A DNA stretch of 63,202 nt, counting the filler, from Vannella sp. (taxonomy: Eukaryota), in assembly GCA_023345925.1 (NCBI GenBank). It is 5 parts of 5 records of this genome, joined end to end, with 100 filler letters (N's around TTAATTAATTAA, not from the genome) between each part and the next. Parts side by side here need not be neighbours in the genome. Positions count along the whole stretch, not along the records: positions 42,054 to 58,800 come from JAJQQN010001029.1; positions 58,901 to 63,202 come from JAJQQN010000221.1; 3 more parts are not named here. One strand, written 5' to 3'. A model generated the notes under the pieces. That model saw only the letters and a program-made list of their open reading frames with translations. It did not search any database and had not been told where the DNA came from. Position numbers and translations under genes: made by a program. Of this stretch, positions 57,861-63,202 are shown piece by piece. Within the stretch, counting starts at the first letter, position 1, and each line of letters begins with the position of its first letter.

Positions 57861-58800
57861 CTAGGAGCTTCGAGATGTATTAGGTGCTCTCCTAACTCTT
57901 CTCTGCGAGGATGGCGCGTTGGAGGGCGGGAGTGAGGAAGTTACGGAGAACTTCCTCCTTCTGTTTGGCCAAGAGAGCTTGCTCCATCTCCTCCTTGTTG
58001 GGTATGAGAGAGACCACGTCCATACTGTAGTCGATATCGTCATCGCTCGAGTCGATGTCGTTGTCCTTCACCTGCTGGTTGGCGCTCCATTGTTTGAGAG
58101 ACTCCGCTCGTAGTTCCTGCTCGGCAGATCTCTCAAGTTCAAGAAGATTAGCATCTTCTCCGTCTCTGTAGCCATAGTAATCGGCATCCAGGTACTTGTG
58201 GTAGTCTCTCGAAGGCTTTTTGGCCTTCTCTTCCTCTTTAGTAGTCCGTTAATCGACATTCTGGGCAGCTTAGGACTCATGCTTGCTTACCTTCTTGTGG
58301 CTGTAGTAGTTCTTTTACTCCAGGGAGATTCCTGGCTGCTCCATAGTAGCGGTAGCCTCTGAGTCCTTCGTAAGTCACCCCTTCGTCAGCAGCAATCCTT
58401 CGTGCGATCTACAGGGGAGTACATGAGCAGATGGAAGGAGCAATGAGAAGGCATATCTCACAGATAAGTAGTTGGCACCACCAAGTTCCCTGATTCGGTG
58501 TTCCCAAACCGCCTTCTGCCGGAACATCCGGTTGATGAGATCGTTCAAGTCCCTCAATTTGGCTTCGCTGAGAGTTTCTGAGTGAACTTAGGGAAGCTAC
58601 ACAGCGTATAGTTGGAGCTCACCATTCTGAATCTCAGCGATCTTGCGAGTAATGTCCGTGAGGATCTCTCGTCTCCAATGTTCTGCCCTTGCCAGGCTGT
58701 TCTCCATCGATGCCATTCGTGGCCTCTTTATCGAGACACCCGCAGCTTCATTTTTCATTTGAAGATACCTATTAAGCATGGAATGCGACTTCTCCTCATT
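57861..58800 (-). CDS. ISY1: Splicing factor ISY1 (first codons lost in gap)
   Basis: NEEKSHSMLNRY, AEHWRREI, RDLNDLIN, WEHRIRELGGANY, GYRYYGAARNLPGVKEL. Confidence 0.92.
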
Positions 58801-58900
58801 NNNNNNNNNNNNNNNNNNNNNNNNNNNNNNNNNNNNNNNNNNNNTTAATTAATTAANNNNNNNNNNNNNNNNNNNNNNNNNNNNNNNNNNNNNNNNNNNN
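58801..58900. other. Artificial contig spacer
   Basis: N44-TTAATTAATTAA-N44. Confidence 0.98.
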
Positions 58901-59145
58901 CGAGATCTCCCCAGGAAAGGGCCACTTCCAATGGCAAGGTACTGAGCCTACAAATGAGTCTTGTCGGGCCCCAAGACGCACACTCAGCCCTTGGTAAAGA
59001 GGTGCAATGACGAACCTGCATAACGAGCCCTCTTTGGAATTTTCCGTTTGCCCGATTAATGGGTTCAGGTGCTGAGTAAATACAGTTAACCATTATGAAC
59101 ATGTTTCAAAGGATGATTTTCTCATTCTTTTCGCCCCCCGCAAGG

Positions 59146-59583
59146 ATGAAGTATCTTGCTGCTCTGCTCTTCGTCTGTGTGCTCGCTGTTGCACAAAGTG
59201 TTGTTGATACCAATGGTAAAAGAGTGAACCTCTCTGACTCCGTGAACATTGGGCTTGCTGATGAGGAGGTTTGCGGAACTGCGCAAATGAACTTCTATTG
59301 GGGTGGGCTCGTTGTGGAACAAAGCTCCCAACCCCGCCTTGCAGAGATCTACTTCTACTACAATGGTACCTTCTTCGATACCACCTACAACTACATTGGG
59401 AACTGGCTGTCTTTCGGGGAGAACGGTGATGATGTGATGGTCTTCGAGTACCCAGCTGCCACTTACGTATCCCCCACCAACAACGGACGTGGCTCCATGA
59501 TCAGTCACAGCGTCTGTGGTCACTGGGACTTCTCTAACTTCAAATGGTACTGCCCCAACGCCTGTGACAACAACAGCATCTAA
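59146..59583 (+). CDS. Small secreted protein of unknown function (145 aa)
   Basis: Signal peptide MKYLAALLFVCVLAVAQS; aromatic-rich with four Cys in the mature part; C-ending codon bias. Confidence 0.75.
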   Translation: MKYLAALLFVCVLAVAQSVVDTNGKRVNLSDSVNIGLADEEVCGTAQMNFYWGGLVVEQSSQPRLAEIYFYYNGTFFDTTYNYIGNWLSFGENGDDVMVFEYPAATYVSPTNNGRGSMISHSVCGHWDFSNFKWYCPNACDNNSI

Positions 59584-59622
59584 GTGCTGCCTTGGGAAGT
59601 TGCTCACGCCTCAACTGTTTAG

Positions 59623-62142
59623 TTAAACGACTGTTACTGCAGCAAGACCCTTTCCTCTCTCGATCCGCTGACTCCTTATAAGCTGTAGGCTATCCTTGAG
59701 TACCCGCCGTGCGTGGTTGTCGCTCTGGTTGGTCTGAAGGATCCGCATTGTCTGGTTCAGGAGGAATAGCTCGTCTTGGTATCGTTTGATCTCCTCTACC
59801 AGAACCTGTTCGGAGGTACTTGGTAGCGCCACTCCTTGAAGGCGAACTCGAATGAGTTTGGTCATGAAAAGCACCAAAACGCGGAGGTGGTCTCGCAGGA
59901 AGGCCAAGGGATTGTCCGTTCCTCGCTCACCTCGCTGAGCAAAGAAGCTCTTCATCGAGCACTCGAGGAAGTCACAATCTCCTTTGGGAATGTGACGAAC
60001 GCACTTTGACAACGCCCATTTGTAACTTTCTCCCAAGAACTCCAAATGGTCACTGACAGCTTCTTCTTGTTGTTGGAGGTACTTTTGAAGTACTTGGTAC
60101 TCTTCAGAGATCAGATCTTGAGGGAGAGGAGGGGAATCGGGTGGGACTTGCTGTTCAGTCTCTTCCAAAGACTCTTCCAAAGACTCTTCACTTTCGCTGT
60201 CCAAGTCAATGACTTGCGGCTCTCCCTCATCAGAGCTTTGTGAGGAGAGCTCACTTTCAAGATCTTCCTCGCTTGAAGGCTCAGGAACTCGTGAGGATTG
60301 AGAGAATGGCCGGCGGCTTCCAAGTGATATTCCAACCTCTCTTTTACTCTCTTCTTCTTCTTCTTCCTCCTCCTCCTCTTCCTCTTCGCTATCAGATGGA
60401 ACGGGAGAGGAAAGGCGCTGGCGTTTGGTGGGTAAATATTGTTTTGGCGGGTTTTGTTTGCGACGGATGCTCAGTTGAGGTGATTTTCCCCCTTCTTCCT
60501 CTTCTTCCTCTTCTTCCTCTTCGCTGGCTTCACAACTACTTGGTAATGGTCTCTTCCTCAATTGCCTCAAAGCCAAGGATGCACTAAGTCCGTCATCAGC
60601 CGATTCACTCTCTTCCTCTTTAGAGAGACTTTCATCATCGTCTAATATACAAACAGCGCCAGAGTCTGGAGCAGGAGAGCTCCCAGTCGAAGAGGACGGG
60701 AATTCAAGAGTGGATGGAACAGATAATGAAGGTAACAGAGAGAACAGAGAAGATTGAGCTGCCTGGGCCTTGAATTTGCTCAAAGAGGCGAAGGAGGATA
60801 TCAAATCGATGGCAATCTGCGGCCTTACAGGTAATTGCCTTTGCGTTCTACCTTGGCTGCCCTCTGGCTCTTGGGATTGAGCGCGTGGTGCCCTACGGAA
60901 AGGTGACGTGGTCGCATCCAACTCTAAAATGTACGAGGGAATCGCCTTGGCTCTTGTCACGCTTTCCGGCAGAACAGTTCTTTCAAGAGGAAGTTCAATA
61001 TCGTCCTCCTCCTCTTTGTTAGAGCCTCCCGAGGGAGAGAATTCAGCAGCTTTTGAGAGAGAAGTGAGCTCTGCAATAGATTCCCTCTTTGATTGATGCG
61101 CTGGACTACCTTGTGACTTGAAAAAAGGAGAAATCGAGTCCATATCTTGAAACGGCAACAAGGGAAGAGACGGACGGGATTTCCTTCTGACCCTCTTCAC
61201 ACTAGATGACTTTGGCTTCCCAATTCCCATTCTTTGTGTGATCTCTGCAATCGGAGGAGGACTTTGACTTTCAATATCGTTCAGATACTCTTCCATGGAG
61301 ACGATGCCCTCGTTTCCTTCAGGTTCTGGACTGGTTATACGCTCACCTTTCGAGAAAGAAGATGAGAAAGGGAGCACGTCGCCGTAGAAGATGGTCACGT
61401 CATTGTCATTCTCGTCACTCAACTCCATCTCGTCGGCAGGCTCCTGTGTGTACCGTGTGTCATCTACCAATGCCCTCTCTGTCTTAAGAGTCTCGAGAGC
61501 TAGCGAGGGAGTGGGCAAAGGAGGGTGAACGGGAGTTCTCGTTGAGGAGGTGAGGAAAACTGCAGAAAACTCAGAGATGTCCTCAAAGGGGCGCAAAGGA
61601 AGCGGCGTATGCGACCTTCGCTTCCTCTTTCGACTTTCCTGGGTCACCAGGTCCAAGCTTGGTGGTAGAACAGACAAGGTCATGCCCGAATCAATTGAAC
61701 GGTCATTGTTGGCTTCCTTTCGGTACTTGAAGAGGCGAACTGGATGTTCAGATGACGTATGGTCTCTTTCCTTTTCAATGTTGGCTGCTAGGACTGAAGT
61801 GGACTCGATTGAGGGCACTCCAACACCCAAATCGTCGTTCCCCGACGTCGTTTGGTCAAAGAGGGGTCGATCAGGAGTGCGTGGGCCATCCACAACAATA
61901 TGCTCGATGTTTTGCATAGTATGAACTACCTGGCTACTCGGAAAAGTGGCGAAGAGACCTCCTTTCGTTGACTCCAACGCCAGATAGGGCTCCCCCGCGA
62001 ATGCTCCACCATCGGGAGATACTGCAACCACATGCTCATACGAAAACACAGAAGAGTCCGAAGAGTACGCCACCCAATGTCCCTCCTCCATCTGCGAGTG
62101 CCCCGAGGCGTTTTGGCGGGAACTTCCTGCTCCCTTGTCCAT
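59623..62142 (-). CDS. Low-complexity Ser/Glu-rich protein with helical C-terminus
   Basis: Long uninterrupted ORF, poly-Glu tracts, basic NLS-like clusters; no recognisable domain. Confidence 0.7.
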   Translation of the reverse strand: MDKGAGSSRQNASGHSQMEEGHWVAYSSDSSVFSYEHVVAVSPDGGAFAGEPYLALESTKGGLFATFPSSQVVHTMQNIEHIVVDGPRTPDRPLFDQTTSGNDDLGVGVPSIESTSVLAANIEKERDHTSSEHPVRLFKYRKEANNDRSIDSGMTLSVLPPSLDLVTQESRKRKRRSHTPLPLRPFEDISEFSAVFLTSSTRTPVHPPLPTPSLALETLKTERALVDDTRYTQEPADEMELSDENDNDVTIFYGDVLPFSSSFSKGERITSPEPEGNEGIVSMEEYLNDIESQSPPPIAEITQRMGIGKPKSSSVKRVRRKSRPSLPLLPFQDMDSISPFFKSQGSPAHQSKRESIAELTSLSKAAEFSPSGGSNKEEEDDIELPLERTVLPESVTRAKAIPSYILELDATTSPFRRAPRAQSQEPEGSQGRTQRQLPVRPQIAIDLISSFASLSKFKAQAAQSSLFSLLPSLSVPSTLEFPSSSTGSSPAPDSGAVCILDDDESLSKEEESESADDGLSASLALRQLRKRPLPSSCEASEEEEEEEEEEGGKSPQLSIRRKQNPPKQYLPTKRQRLSSPVPSDSEEEEEEEEEEEEESKREVGISLGSRRPFSQSSRVPEPSSEEDLESELSSQSSDEGEPQVIDLDSESEESLEESLEETEQQVPPDSPPLPQDLISEEYQVLQKYLQQQEEAVSDHLEFLGESYKWALSKCVRHIPKGDCDFLECSMKSFFAQRGERGTDNPLAFLRDHLRVLVLFMTKLIRVRLQGVALPSTSEQVLVEEIKRYQDELFLLNQTMRILQTNQSDNHARRVLKDSLQLIRSQRIERGKGLAAVTVV

Positions 62143-62293
62143 CACGCAGGCAGGAAATGAACTGAGGAAGAGCAAGACCAAGCCCATGTGTAAGTCAGGC
62201 GAGTTTATGAATCTGACGACCCCAACCGACCGAAGGAGTGGTCTTGGGGGAGCAATGAAGCAAAAATACAGCAAGGAGCCAAGAGAGGGGCAT

Positions 62294-63154
62294 CTAGTTC
62301 ACCTGGAGGTTATCAATGAGGTCCGAGAGAGGCACAATCTCGCGTTTGTCCACCAAATCAAACTCGGTGATGAACAGGTAGAAGTCTGTGATGCTGGAGA
62401 GTCAGGCAGATGTTGCAAAGAGAGGGGAGATACCTACGCTTGAAGCAAGTGTTCAAGTGGGCCTCCTCGCCCAAGGACACGATCTTCTGGAAGTGGATGT
62501 AGTAGATGTGGGCGTAAACACGGAAGAGGCGCTTGAAGATGTTCTTCACCACACTCATGAAGTTCTTAGGGAAGGGGACGTCTGGTTATTTTACCGATTT
62601 TGTCAATGAACAGCACTGGAAGGGGGTCATGCTACTCACCCACTCGTGAAGGGAAGACCTTCTCGTCGTTGAGGATATCCTGAACCCAGTTCATGAGGTA
62701 GTCCATGTACTCAGGAGCGCTGCACTTGATGGGCTTCTTGATTTTGTCCCCATCTGCCCACCAGTACTCGTATTCGGGGCCTGCTGACATCACTTCACAC
62801 GACTCGTTAGTGCAGTACTCGCTAACGCTTCCATAGAGCAAATTGATTTGATTGAAGAAGTCGACAGCTGAACCCGGTTAGGAGTCCCTCAACATTCGCC
62901 GTGAATTCCTCACTGTTAACTGCAAGCCACTCATTGGCGTCCTCTTCAGGGGGCAGTTGGACAGCAGCTTTCAAGTTACCGCTCCCCAAAGTAGCCTTAG
63001 CGTGCTTGTGCAAGTCGTAGCCCTTTGTCCCTTTTGCGATGTTTTTGGGCTTCTTTGGCTTAAAAGTCCCTTTGTTCCCACCTCCGCTAAGGCAGTGTGA
63101 GACTCGAGCCAAGCCCGAACGGAGTTCTCACAGTTGCTTGAAGATGCCAGCCAT
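62294..63154 (-). CDS. MOB1: MOB kinase activator 1 (multi-exon)
   Basis: ATLGSGNLKAAVQLP..NEWLAVN, MSAGPEYEY, CSAPEYMDYLM, IFKRLFRVYAHIY, EEAHLNTCFK. Confidence 0.96.
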
Positions 63155-63202
63155 TCACGCCTAAGAAAGAAAGTGCCTCAAAAAAGATTTCGCAGAATAA
63201 CA

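Noticed and set aside
53160..60525. (TCT/TCC)n runs
   Set aside because: They encode poly-Glu tracts in NEMF and the Ser/Glu-rich protein.
342..63112. Many short ORFs antisense to or overlapping real genes
   Set aside because: Shadow frames of biased coding sequence with no recognisable motifs.
1..63202. Endogenous giant virus, transposon or CRISPR array
   Set aside because: No capsid, polymerase, integrase, transposase, RT or repeat-spacer array seen; ANK and F-box genes are interspersed with intron-bearing housekeeping genes.

Overview
Eukaryotic, gene-dense genomic DNA from a protist. An amoebozoan origin is my inference from the class I PI3K, APH-1, RapGAP, LIM and DCAF12 gene content. 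The standard genetic code fits, and GT-AG introns are mostly 45-55 nt. The window is five unrelated contigs (1-13442, 13543-26980, 27081-41953, 42054-58800, 58901-63202) joined by artificial 100-nt spacers (N44-TTAATTAATTAA-N44), so there is no synteny across gaps. It holds about 30 protein genes and one tRNA-Ser(CGA). Housekeeping genes include TOM40, PI3K, APH-1, DCAF12, a mitochondrial carrier, a P4-ATPase, HID1, HSF, UAP56, a cullin, NEMF, ISY1 and MOB1. The most notable items are: (1) a ~2395-aa F-box-ankyrin-NACHT-helical-repeat STAND protein, assembled across a 53-nt intron that the ORF track splits, a candidate NLR-like receptor wired to SCF ubiquitination; (2) a protein of six ~75-aa tandem repeats capped by a PD-(D/E)xK/RAP-like nuclease domain with a presequence-like N-terminus; (3) a divergent pair of homologous non-coding units between HSF and the NACHT gene; (4) an intronic K-turn/box C/D snoRNA candidate; (5) unusual fusions and pseudo-enzymes (ANK-pseudokinase-RapGAP, C2-permuted papain-PX, HExxH-less M35). 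All family calls are motif recognition by eye; no searches were run.
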